From contig CM097885.1 of assembly GCA_044892525.1 (NCBI GenBank), positions 51,462,001 to 51,526,000 of the forward strand: 64,000 bases of DNA. The letters run 5' to 3'. The stretch's first letter is position 1; the number at the start of each line of letters is the position of its first letter. Below, piece after piece: positions 1 to 10,411 of this stretch. Origin of the DNA: Schmidtea polychroa (taxonomy: Eukaryota). A program made the position numbers and the translations under genes. Under the pieces are notes generated by a model. It made no database searches. It was not told the origin of the DNA and saw nothing but the letters and a program-made list of their open reading frames with translations.

Positions 1-1959
1 GATACGCGGTTTCCATTTGCTGTCGGGTCTCTGCCACCAACTAGGATCTTCTCTGTCGAGATCTTCCCGTATTTTGATTGAGTTGCCTCTTCCGACGAAC
101 TCGCCTTCCTTCACGACGATAGGCTCTCCTGCAATCGTGGGTTCACTCTTTGTTGCCAATATCTTGGTCAACGCAGGATCTGGTGGCTGATAGTGGGTTT
201 CTAAGAGATCGTCATCCTCATCCTGGATGGATATCCTAGGCATTTTCTTTTTTGTACTCTTAGGAATCTCCTTTTTCCTTTTCGTAGAGGTAGGGACATT
301 TTTCTCCTTGTCCTCTTTCTGGGTGGGTTTCTCTGATGTTTTCTTTTTAAATTTTAGATCTTGTAGCTTAAGTAGTGGTGCTACAGCTTGGGGTAATGTT
401 CCTCCTTCGGCTCCTTGTTTTGGTTCACTCAACGGGGCCAATGCTTTTAGGATCTTGGTGACCCGTTCCACTAGCTTTGCTGCTGGTGGTGATTTTTCTG
501 TTTCCATTTTAGCCGAATTCACCACTCTACCGTCATTGGTAAGGGTGACTTGAAGGCAGTTATCGTCTGCACTCTCACAAGTGACATAGTCGTTTTCATC
601 AGTAATTGAAATGGCTGGCGGCGACAAGGAATCTTCTTCCACTATTTTCAGCAACTTTGACCTGGGGATATCTTCTTTTACATAGCTCTCCATAGCTAAA
701 GGTTTCTGCATGCTTGAGGTTCCGGGTTCCATCTGCTTTATTTGTGAAGACACCACCTCTTTCCGTGTGTCTGGTGAAATGTCATCAACCCAGATATCTC
801 GTAAATTGTCGTATATCTCCTTAATGGTTGTGACATCATTCTCCGTTTGAAGGTCCGAGAAGTGATGTGCCTCTTTACCGGTGACTGCTTTTACCAGATA
901 TGCCAAACGGTAATACCCGTTGCATTTCTTTAAGTCCCTACTTTCGAGGCATTTAGCTGCGCCTAACTCACGGATTCCGACTGCGCGCTGGATTGAGAAT
1001 TTGATTACTTCTAATAGGTCCTTTACTAGCAATCCCACGATGATTTTCCCATCGCAGATTTTCCTAATTCTTTCGGCATAGTCTTCTCCGTCGAACTGTC
1101 CGGTTATTTCTATCTCGGTCATACCATGCGCATGCGATTGGTAATGTTTGACCTGTGCTCTGGGGGAAACTCTCGTGTTGAGTATCAGATCGCCATTGAA
1201 ATGTGAGATTGAGATGGCCACAATTGCCGGTTTCAGGAGTTGTCGTAGTGTAACGTAGTGAGCTGCTACGAAAATGGTGAGGTTATTCTCTTGTCTAGGA
1301 TCCAAGCGCTGTCTAACGAAAGACTTAAACGTTTTGATGTCGTTATCATTAACATTATATGTCCAATTTGGGTCATTAACCCATCTCGTTGGTGTTTCTC
1401 TGTGAGGTTCCAGAATTTCCATTGCTACGATGGTATCTATTCCTTCACATAACAGTGAGATGTTCTTTTCCCTTCCATCCCCGTTTTCAATTTCCAGGGT
1501 TGTATGCTTTTGCAGCAAAATGGGGTTTGTGGCACCAGGAACATAAACCGTAAATGGTTTGTTAATGGCGTGTATCCACAGGTGGTTGGTCAGACTATGT
1601 CTGCCAAACTCAGGCATGACCTCGGTAAGCCTAATACTACCGTTATGCTTGCCCGGGATTCTTGAGATAATCATTTGACGCTTTGGGGCCTCGTCAAATT
1701 TGAAATTTTTGGGTATGCCTGAACAATGTCCGTAAAACCAGTGTCTTTGTCCTTTTCTGCTTTGCTCCATTACCTGCTTCTCCAGGTTTTTATAAATGAG
1801 TTTTTCCTTTAGCAAGGTCGTAGCACGTATAATGCTATGCCTTCCTTGGTATTGGGATATTGGGTGGCTCTGCATTCCTGAAATAAAAATCATTAACCAT
1901 AATATCAGATATACTGATATGCCATAATAGGCTAAAAAGATATGCATGAGTCTTATCAT
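1..1959 (-). CDS. Accessory 3' ORF (>620 aa, open at window edge) with degenerate DEDDh REX4/ISG20-like exonuclease domain (~800-1290) and low-complexity K/P/E-rich tail
   Basis: Manual frame check finds no minus-strand stop from 2073 to 1; in-frame ATGs include 1959, 1947 and 1875. Translation includes AISISHFNGDLILNTRVSPRAQVKHYQSHAHGMT..DGKIIVG..YRLAYLVKAVTG..ENDVTTIKEIY. Confidence 0.8.
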   Translation of the reverse strand, partial: MIRLMHIFLAYYGISVYLILWLMIFISGMQSHPISQYQGRHSIIRATTLLKEKLIYKNLEKQVMEQSRKGQRHWFYGHCSGIPKNFKFDEAPKRQMIISRIPGKHNGSIRLTEVMPEFGRHSLTNHLWIHAINKPFTVYVPGATNPILLQKHTTLEIENGDGREKNISLLCEGIDTIVAMEILEPHRETPTRWVNDPNWTYNVNDNDIKTFKSFVRQRLDPRQENNLTIFVAAHYVTLRQLLKPAIVAISISHFNGDLILNTRVSPRAQVKHYQSHAHGMTEIEITGQFDGEDYAERIRKICDGKIIVGLLVKDLLEVIKFSIQRAVGIRELGAAKCLESRDLKKCNGYYRLAYLVKAVTGKEAHHFSDLQTENDVTTIKEIYDNLRDIWVDDISPDTRKEVVSSQIKQMEPGTSSMQKPLAMESYVKEDIPRSKLLKIVEEDSLSPPAISITDENDYVTCESADDNCLQVTLTNDGRVVNSAKMETEKSPPAAKLVERVTKILKALAPLSEPKQGAEGGTLPQAVAPLLKLQDLKFKKKTSEKPTQKEDKEKNVPTSTKRKKEIPKSTKKKMPRISIQDEDDDLLETHYQPPDPALTKILATKSEPTIAGEPIVVKEGEFVGRGNSIKIREDLDREDPSWWQRPDSKWKPRI

Positions 1960-2073
1960 AAAAGATCTACATATGCTGAATTTTAATGCTACCTGGAGCT
2001 CTACGTAAATATAGATTTTAAGATATATATAAATATTTATATATGATTTTTCCCTCGGGGGAGTCTGTAATTG

Positions 2074-3291
2074 TCATAATTGCGACATTAGTACTCCATC
2101 GTAAGCCCTTATGGCTTGTCTGAAATATAGCTTGGTCCAAATACCCATAGCTATCAGTGTAGTTATTAGTGATAGTACGGCCGATACCGTAATCCATACC
2201 CCTATGGGTATTTTCAGAATATATCCTGCATTAAAGTTTGTGATGGCATTACAATCACAACAGTTTGTCAGGTTTGGGGGCGTTTGGCAAGATATTTGTT
2301 TGATAGGTGGCAATTGTCTAAGATGTTGCCACATTGCGGGATGTATCACCATGTTTTCCCTGACTACTTTTGGTGGTGTTTTCGTTATAACTGGCTGTTT
2401 CAGAGGTAATATCTCCTCGAATACCTCGAACTATAGTATATTCCTCGGACTATAGTATATAGCTAGAACCGAATATTCTACGGACTGATTTAGATACATT
2501 TCTTGGGAGGGAGAGTTCTGGTCTAACCATAATATTTCTCTCGTGGTTGGTCCGTCTAGAATACAGACTTTCACCTTTTCCTCCCTGCTAATTTGCTGAC
2601 TAAACTTTACTTTATCCCTTTCATAGGATATCGATATGCGATTTGTGAAATCTGCCGTCCGTAGGATCCAATTTAATACGTGATAGGTATACCAACCATT
2701 CTGATATAACCTTGATGCTGCGATATGCAGTTTATAATCCGTCTCGGCTTTTAAATCATATAAATCCCACTCTTTTTCTTCTGAATTGAGTTGGCGGATC
2801 CGTAAGTACTTGTTGTAGAAATGTAAATTGAATTTTGTAGCATTATCGCACGTTGTGAGTATGCTAATTCCGTGATACGTTCTTATAAAATGTAAGTGTT
2901 CCACTTGCATAGCCATAGGCTGAAAATATGCCTTTTTATCCCTTTTTGCCATCCCCAAAGTCATCATACAGCTTATTATCAACAAAAAGGTTACTGATTT
3001 TGGAACACCCCGTGATCTCAATGGGTATCGGTGTTCTTGTGCTTCTTCGGAAATGTTTGGTTTCACCTGTTTTTCTAGTGCTTTTACTTTTGAATTTCCA
3101 GAGGTTCCTTTTGTTGGGATTTCGCACTTTTTACACCGGTTAGCATGTACCATTATTGGTTCTGCTTTTCTGTTGGCTACAAGTTGTAATATGAGATTTG
3201 TATCTGTGGTTCTCAATACCTCATATGGCCCTTTGAAGTTCCGCATGAGTTTTGGTGATAAGCCTTTCTTGTTATAATGGCTTTTCCAACA
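2074..3291 (-). pseudogene. Integrase C-terminus (GPY motif) fused to a second type I membrane protein with FN3-like ectodomain
   Basis: Same frame as pol: KLMRNFKGPYEV..HANRCK..YPLRSR, then hydrophobic signal VTFLLIISCMMTLGMA, LYDLKAETDYKLHIAA (FN3-like), one in-frame TAG (2431-33), and TM IPIGVWITVSAVLSLITTLIAMGIW. Confidence 0.7.
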
Positions 3292-6200
3292 TCATTGTTT
3301 TAACCTCGACAATGTTTTTCTGGATGACAGGTGGCCTCCTAAGGGTCCATCGTGAGACTGCAACATGAGTGCTTCACGGTATTTCTTAGGGGCCATTATA
3401 ACATTGTCTCTTACATCTGAATATTTAACTAATCCTTCCTCCAGCACAAACTTGTCTTTATTCTTTTCCCAGTATTTCGTGAATTCTGTGGGCACGTATT
3501 TTGCTTCCAAGGCTTGACGAATAACATTGATTTCTTCGTCAGATTTTTGTGCCTCCATTAAATCAGCTAGCCGGTTGGCTTCTCTGGTCAATGTGAAGAT
3601 AGTCCCTTCGAGACGTCCTTCTTTCACATCCTCTGCTTCCTCCTCCTGGTCCATTCTCAATAAAGCGTCTGCATTTCCATTATGATCTCCCTTTCTATAA
3701 TGGATTTCTATGTCATATTGCTGTAAAATTAATGCCCATCTGACTAGTTTTGATGTATTTATTGTGTGTTTTGTCAGCCACTGTAATGGTCTATGATCGG
3801 TGTACACTATGATCTTCCGACCCCATAGATAATTTCTAAACTGGGTTATAGCATACACAATTGCTAAAGCCTCTAGTTCTATCACTGCGTAGTTTCTCTC
3901 GTGTGGTTTTAATCCTCTGCTAGCGTATGCAATTGCATACTCATCTCCTAGGTCATCTCTCTGACCTAGCACAGCACCTATGCCCCGAGTGCTGGCATCT
4001 GTCATAACCAAAAATTGTCTCTCAAAGTCTGGAAATCGCAATATAGGTGGCTTGACGAGTTTTTCCTTGAGCATATCAAATGCTTCTTGCTGTTCTGTTC
4101 CCCACACAAATTTGACATTTTTGCCTTCTAACTGCGTGAGTGGAAAAGCTATAACCGAGAAGTTTCTAATGAATTTTCTATAGTATCCAACTAGGCCTAA
4201 AACCCCTTTGATATGTTTAACGGTTTTAGGCTCCGGGAAATTCTTTACCTTTTCAACATTAGCTGGGTCGGGTTTAACCCCGTCTCGTGATATGATATGG
4301 CCAACATATACCACTTCTGGTTCAGCCCATTTACATTTGGTCGGTTTTACTTTCATGTTGGCATTGATCAACCTCTTGAACACATCTTCCAAATGTTCTA
4401 AATGTTTTTCCAAATTTGGCGAGAATACTATGACGTCGTCAATGTATACCATCGCATGATGTACATCCATGAGCATCAAATTCATTGCTCTTTGAAATGT
4501 GGCTGGAGCTCCTGTGAGTCCAAATGGCATTACGTTATATTCGTAATGACCCATACTCGTAGAGAACGCTGTTATTGGTATAGTCTCATCTTTTAACTTA
4601 ATTTGATAAAATCCCTTTTGGGCGTCCATTACTGAGAAGAACCTAGCGTTTCTCATGCGTCCATAGATATAATCTAACAATGGCAATGGATGGCTATCTT
4701 TGCATGTTGCTTCGTTAACCATGCGATAGTCGTTACATAATCGTACTGATCCATTCTTCTTAGCCACCACTATCATTGGTGATTTACTATGCCTGATTAT
4801 GCCATGTTTTAATATCAATTTCACCTGTTTATCTACTGATTCCTCCAGACTGAAAGGAATACGGTATGGCCTCAACTTTATAGGTTTTGTATTGGTGAGA
4901 ACAATCTCATGTTCTAACAGGTTTGTTTTTCCCAGATCGTATTCATGTTTCGCGAATACCTGGTCGTATTTCCTCAACAGCATATTTACTTGAATGTTTT
5001 CCTTTCTGGTTAGCCCTTTGCTATTTGCTGTAGGTATATCGTAGTACTCAATATCTGGATCTCTTTCTTCTGCCTTTATGGTGAGTATCGACCCTTCTCC
5101 CGTGGCTTGTGGTTCGTTTTGTTTCCAGATTCTGCCCACTCTGGTATCTGGATATAAGTAAAGTGGTTTAATGTCCAGATTGGCTACCCTGATTGGTATT
5201 CTGCCATTGACTATTAAACCTACGCTATGAGTAACTGGTATGTTGTATTTCTCAGAAAATTTTTCGTTTGGTTCGAATACAACTTCACCTTCCCAATTAT
5301 TGCTTGTGGCTACAAAGCATACCGTTTCTGCTCTGGGTGGTATGATAGTTGTATGATCTATATAAGCTGTATCATCGTTGTAAATCTTTCTCTTTTTACC
5401 TCGTGCTCGGATTAACAATCCAGATGCACAATCGAATACTACTCCTCGTAGTCTTTTTAGGATGTCCATGCCCAATAGACATTCGGCTGGGAGACTTCTC
5501 ATCACTATGATGTCGTGATGGAGCTCTTGGTCACATAGCTTAATCTGGCATGATAATGACCCTATTACGTTTAATGAGGATCCGTTTGCTCCTGTTAATT
5601 TTACTCCTGCCGGTTTTAGCGACTGCAGTTCATGATGGTTTAACAATTTAGCTTCAATTATGGTACCATCTGCTCCTGAGTCTATCACCGCATTAACTGT
5701 ATGTCGGTTCACTCTTATTTTTATCATTGGCTTTTTATCCAAGTTCACTGGGTTATTGACCATCAAGATAGTATCGTGCGAGATACCGATTGTATTGGCT
5801 CTCGTTTGTTCTGCTTCCAGTAATTCAGGATCACTAAGTTGAGGATTATACTCTTTAAATTTAGCTTTAATTGACTCTAACACTTCCTTTGGATAGTGCA
5901 CTTTAGGTAATTCTGGCAATGTTGAGCATGTCAAATTATTAAATATGGTATCTTCACCGATTTTCCATTGGTGTCGTCCTGTTCTGAGTGTTGTTTCCCT
6001 TGAATGTTCCCGCCCTTCGTTTGGTGCGGATGGTAAACTCCTCAAAGTTGGCAATTGTACATATCTTGGACTTCTCTTGAATCTGGGTGACCTTATGTCG
6101 AATTTTTGGTCGGAACTGTCATATTCTCCTTCTGAGGACTGTTTTCTCACGTAGATTTCCTTTGATTGGTCATATGGAGGAAGATATTCCTTAAATCTCG

Positions 6201-6339
6201 ATTTTCTTTGTTGCTGAATCGGTTTTTTGTTGTAGTGATTGATTTGATCTTGAGGATGTTTCACGAGAGCCTCCATTACCTCCTCCCTTAGAATTGTTAT
6301 CGTCCCGATAACTAGAATACTCCTCCATTTCTGTTCCAA
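3292..6339 (-). CDS. pol: Pol: aspartic protease, reverse transcriptase, RNase H and N-terminal half of the integrase zinc finger
   Basis: VIDSGADG (D ~5680), RLCNDYR, MPFGLTGAPATFQ, YIDD (4435-4446), TDAS, ELEALAIV, TDHRPL, NADAL, HDGPLGGHL. Ends at TGA 3292-94 where the integrase core is missing. Confidence 0.97.
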   Translation of the reverse strand: MEQKWRSILVIGTITILREEVMEALVKHPQDQINHYNKKPIQQQRKSRFKEYLPPYDQSKEIYVRKQSSEGEYDSSDQKFDIRSPRFKRSPRYVQLPTLRSLPSAPNEGREHSRETTLRTGRHQWKIGEDTIFNNLTCSTLPELPKVHYPKEVLESIKAKFKEYNPQLSDPELLEAEQTRANTIGISHDTILMVNNPVNLDKKPMIKIRVNRHTVNAVIDSGADGTIIEAKLLNHHELQSLKPAGVKLTGANGSSLNVIGSLSCQIKLCDQELHHDIIVMRSLPAECLLGMDILKRLRGVVFDCASGLLIRARGKKRKIYNDDTAYIDHTTIIPPRAETVCFVATSNNWEGEVVFEPNEKFSEKYNIPVTHSVGLIVNGRIPIRVANLDIKPLYLYPDTRVGRIWKQNEPQATGEGSILTIKAEERDPDIEYYDIPTANSKGLTRKENIQVNMLLRKYDQVFAKHEYDLGKTNLLEHEIVLTNTKPIKLRPYRIPFSLEESVDKQVKLILKHGIIRHSKSPMIVVAKKNGSVRLCNDYRMVNEATCKDSHPLPLLDYIYGRMRNARFFSVMDAQKGFYQIKLKDETIPITAFSTSMGHYEYNVMPFGLTGAPATFQRAMNLMLMDVHHAMVYIDDVIVFSPNLEKHLEHLEDVFKRLINANMKVKPTKCKWAEPEVVYVGHIISRDGVKPDPANVEKVKNFPEPKTVKHIKGVLGLVGYYRKFIRNFSVIAFPLTQLEGKNVKFVWGTEQQEAFDMLKEKLVKPPILRFPDFERQFLVMTDASTRGIGAVLGQRDDLGDEYAIAYASRGLKPHERNYAVIELEALAIVYAITQFRNYLWGRKIIVYTDHRPLQWLTKHTINTSKLVRWALILQQYDIEIHYRKGDHNGNADALLRMDQEEEAEDVKEGRLEGTIFTLTREANRLADLMEAQKSDEEINVIRQALEAKYVPTEFTKYWEKNKDKFVLEEGLVKYSDVRDNVIMAPKKYREALMLQSHDGPLGGHLSSRKTLSRLKQ

Positions 6340-8485
6340 TTACTTCATGTTTGACCAAATGTTTCTGTCTAATTTCTTTAATTTCCTTTTTGTGATGTTT
6401 GAATAATGCAAACTCTGCACACATAGGACATAGTCCTAATAGCAGTTTCCATGACCATCCTCCAATTTTGAATATGCTATATGTTGACATCAGTTGTGTA
6501 ATTATCAGCTTTAAAATTACAAATATTGCGTAAATTCCTGAACATCCAGCAACGAAAATACCAAAATTGGTAAATCGTCCCCATATTTTCATCATTACGT
6601 TCTTTGCTGCTTCTTTATAGTGTTCCGGTACAAATAATAAATTGTAATCTGGTCGTATTAAGCTATCATGATAAATCGTTCTTATAATTTCCGTGATATC
6701 TCTGTCTCTGATTTGTGGGAATAGCAATGTCCTTCTTGCTTCCTCGATATCGTCGGGAGTATAAATCCCTGCTTTTGCTAATTCGTCTAGTGACTTGAAT
6801 TCCAGATTATCCTTTAGTTTAGTTACCTCCAAGGTCTCTACCCGTTGTGTAGATGGTTTTCTTTCCGGCAGAGATATCCACATGTCATTTATTTTGTATA
6901 ATGGTGATATTGCCGGGTTGCATATAGCTGGTTGAGGTTTAGCGTTTTCCTCAAGTAACTTTCTGGTTACTGGCATAACAAATCTCAATTTTCCTTGGTA
7001 AGACACTGGCAGTTCTAGAGTGCATTGATTAAATCTGGCTAATTGTACTTCCACTGGTTTACACTCATAGCTATATATAGCTTCTCCCATGATTCTGCCA
7101 AACATTCCGTCTTCCAATAACATTGGAGTAACCAACTCTGGGTTAACGATAGATATTGCTAATCTATTTCGGACTATTTCACGATTTAGCTTGCAATCGT
7201 TTAGTATCACCTCTTGATACATATCTTGCATTTGTCCTTGCAGATCATGGTATAAATAATCTACTTTATTATTTATATAATTCGTGAATTTGATATCCTT
7301 TACATGTAGGACCTTGGAATTCCGAATATATTCTCTTGACAGGAAAATTCCTTTGTAGTTCGTCTCGTATACTCTTTTTCCACATTTAGTCTTTTTATCT
7401 TTTTGGACAAATCGAATTGCTTCCGTCTTGTCTTCCGATATCAATACTAGAGGTGTGTTTTCCTCTCCGATATCTTCCTTCTCTTGTTTGTTGATTTTCT
7501 TCAACGTTTTTGCTTTATCCCACACCTTTTCTGGATTCTGGGAATCCCGATATTTAGTTCCATTTAGTTTTCTAAAAGGAATTTTCTTGAGAAAAGCCAA
7601 CTCACAATGATCTCTCATTTGTTCGTAAATTAATGTAGTGGTTCCCGTTTTACAACTACCGAACTTGGCATTGCATTGCGGATGTGCCATCAATTTTCCT
7701 GTTGCCACATCGAATGTTCCCTCGTATTCTCGTAGCTCCACTGAGTAATCTTCTATGTCTACCACATAGGAAACTAAATTGCTGCCGCGAATTTTCTTTC
7801 TTCCTTCGCAGGTTCCATCTGATGCAATTGTTCCTCCTCGAGTGATTGTTATTCCCAATGTTTTCCCAATTTCTGCTGAGATTGATACCTCGTTGTCTAT
7901 CCTCACACTTCCTTTTCGAAATGCATCTAAGCAATCTTCGGGCATTATGTTTACCGGCCTTGGTATTAATGTTGCGGATAGAAAAGCAGAATAGCTATTA
8001 CTACCGCAATAATATTCAAATGTAGCCCTCTGAACTCTACATTCCTTTATCGTGGTTCTATAAAATTCACTCTCTTGGTAGACGTAATATTCTACCTTTT
8101 CCCCTTGATGAACCTTCTCTGGATACGCCTCTTTGCACTCAATTGCATCTACTAGCGAATATATCCGAGATAGTTTAGGATTTCCACAGTCAAATACTGT
8201 TAGTGAATTTGTTTGTTTTAATACGCCCATCATTACTAGGAACATCAGGATCATGCTTGTCATGTTTCCTGTGCCTGAAATACCATTATTTATAGCTTCT
8301 TCCACTACCTCATATCGTGGTTTTGGAATCGTTTCCTTTTCCCAAAATTTGTTTACGGTCATCCATACCTCCAGGTAATAATCTACCATTTCGACTATTT
8401 GATCGATCTCTAGTTCTATAAGCCTTTTATCATCCCCTACCCGGGCTAAGGCATTTTGAATTAACAATGATAGTGATGTTACCAC
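6191..8485 (-). CDS. env: Env-like class III fusion glycoprotein, chuvirus/Jingchuvirales G-like; glycoprotein proper ~6400-8263
   Basis: Internal signal peptide MTSMILMFLVMMGV followed by VFDC..YSLVDAIEC. Cys-rich ectodomain including CKLNREI..RLAISIVNP..GEAIYSYECKPVEV..CTLELPV. C-terminal WGRFTNFG..TM..GWSWKLL segment as in chuvirus-type glycoproteins. Confidence 0.8.
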   Translation of the reverse strand: MVTSLSLLIQNALARVGDDKRLIELEIDQIVEMVDYYLEVWMTVNKFWEKETIPKPRYEVVEEAINNGISGTGNMTSMILMFLVMMGVLKQTNSLTVFDCGNPKLSRIYSLVDAIECKEAYPEKVHQGEKVEYYVYQESEFYRTTIKECRVQRATFEYYCGSNSYSAFLSATLIPRPVNIMPEDCLDAFRKGSVRIDNEVSISAEIGKTLGITITRGGTIASDGTCEGRKKIRGSNLVSYVVDIEDYSVELREYEGTFDVATGKLMAHPQCNAKFGSCKTGTTTLIYEQMRDHCELAFLKKIPFRKLNGTKYRDSQNPEKVWDKAKTLKKINKQEKEDIGEENTPLVLISEDKTEAIRFVQKDKKTKCGKRVYETNYKGIFLSREYIRNSKVLHVKDIKFTNYINNKVDYLYHDLQGQMQDMYQEVILNDCKLNREIVRNRLAISIVNPELVTPMLLEDGMFGRIMGEAIYSYECKPVEVQLARFNQCTLELPVSYQGKLRFVMPVTRKLLEENAKPQPAICNPAISPLYKINDMWISLPERKPSTQRVETLEVTKLKDNLEFKSLDELAKAGIYTPDDIEEARRTLLFPQIRDRDITEIIRTIYHDSLIRPDYNLLFVPEHYKEAAKNVMMKIWGRFTNFGIFVAGCSGIYAIFVILKLIITQLMSTYSIFKIGGWSWKLLLGLCPMCAEFALFKHHKKEIKEIRQKHLVKHEVIGTEMEEYSSYRDDNNSKGGGNGGSRETSSRSNQSLQQKTDSATKKIEI

Positions 8486-10411
8486 TTTCCCTCTTGTTAA
8501 TCCTTACTGCACGAATGCTTCTATGGCATCCTGTATATCTCTAGTTGATACATCTTTGGATGTTCTTTCCATTGTCTTCTTGACCTCTTTCGTTATTTTC
8601 TTTACTTCGATCCCCTGGATTTTTGGAATTCTCCATTCGGACCTGATAATCCCGATCATTTGTTGTATACGTTGCCACAATAACGACCTTTCTGACGTTG
8701 TCTCATCTCCCGCCTGGTCGTCCATTTCTTGGGCTATCCCTGCTAATGTTTTTAACTGAATTTTCCGAATCGTTTCCGGATTTAACTGCTCCTTGGGTGA
8801 CGGTTTCATTTGATCCTTTCTAGGACGTCCTCGTCCATCTTTTTTCACTTTCTCCGGAGGTTTTTCATTCTCCGGATTTGTTATAGCTTGTGACGTTGTA
8901 GCTCCTACTTTTGTTTCTCCTGGATTTAATCTGACGTACTCTGAGAAGTAATCTTCCTCGTCAATGTCCACCATTTGATAGGGATTAATTTCCTCTAGTC
9001 TTATTTCCTCGATTTCTTCCGCAATTTCGTTTGCTATATCTGGCAGTCTCATTAATGACCACTGAGACTCGGGTGGGGTTACTGGGATGATCATTACCGT
9101 GGTTGTTGCCAACGGTAGACAACCCACATCCACTAGATATTCATCATCATCCACTTGCCTGCCATGGACCATTATCAGGAATATACCTGTAGTTTGATCA
9201 GTGGCAATTACATCTCTCCTCAATATTTTAACCTTGATATAACAATTATAAATCATTGTTAATGGTTCTTTTCCCATCATTCTCACGTCTAGATTAATGT
9301 TGCCTTATCTATCAGGCTGACTTCGGATAGCTTTGCCATTTTTCCTCATCAGTGCTTCAATTTGCGTCTGGAATGGGCTTGTTTCCTTTACCACTGGTAG
9401 TATAAGTGGAATTATTGCTTCCAACAAATCTACCGGTATTCGTAATACTAACATCCAGTCGAGTATTTCCTTTATAGTTTCTCCATCTCGTGGAGACTTC
9501 TGCAATTCCAACCCTAGTCGCTGGGTTAATTGTTGGGTTTCTTCCAATCTCTCTATTTCCATTTGAGTAATCAAGAATACGCTATCTTGATCCATTACTG
9601 CTACTGGTTTCTGTGCTCTCTTTGCTGTGAGCTTCGTCACTCTACCTGGAAGTATCCCGTTCTGTAGAAGCGTTTGGTTTGCCTATAATTTTATTCCGCA
9701 TAAGTATAAGTCACATCCTTGATGCTTAATACTTGTCAATGTTTCCGCTAATTTATCGGCTCGACTTCTTACATTTATATCGAGATTATACTCTTTATCC
9801 TGTGGGAGTTTTATATTGAGTTGGGCATCTTGGAGATCCCATTCATGTTCCATGAGTTTTCCTAATTTCCTTAGGATTTTGTACGTGTCGTTATGATACT
9901 TTGGATCATCTTCGACCTGCGATATCAGTTTTACTACTGTATCGATTTCGTAAACTTTAATTTCTGTTTCTCCCAATTTTCCCAATTGTCTGGCCAGCTT
10001 TTGCTGGTACTCATATCTGGAATCCACCAGTTTTAAACATTTTGTTAGGGTATCCGACCCTTCTTTTACCTTTGCTTTCCCTGGCAAGGTTCTATCGAAC
10101 TCGCTTAGTATGGTGGCCATACTAGGTTCATCATCGGAACTCTCCTCTGATTCCGTTTCCTGAAGGTCCTCTCTAAGGGAGTCCTTTTTTCTGAGAAATT
10201 CATCTCTTCCAACTTCTACCATAAAGATTGTACCTTCTTGGTCGGTCAATCTAGCCAACCTATTCTTTTCCTCCTGGATTTCCATTTCCAGTTGTTGCAG
10301 ATAAGTTAACCATTGATCCTGGTTAACCATAAAAGTCGTTTTAGGCTTATTCACATTACCCTTATCGGTATTTTTATTGAACTGACTCGTGTTTCCACTC
10401 TGGTTCTGAGG
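8264..10411 (-). pseudogene. Unknown polyprotein segment between Gag and glycoprotein (coiled-coil/acidic stretches, AT-hook GRGRPRK)
   Basis: ORFs 9683-10426, 9305-9640, 8504-9286 and 6191-8485 share one frame, separated only by single TAG/TAA codons. AT-hook at ~8816-8836. Confidence 0.75.
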
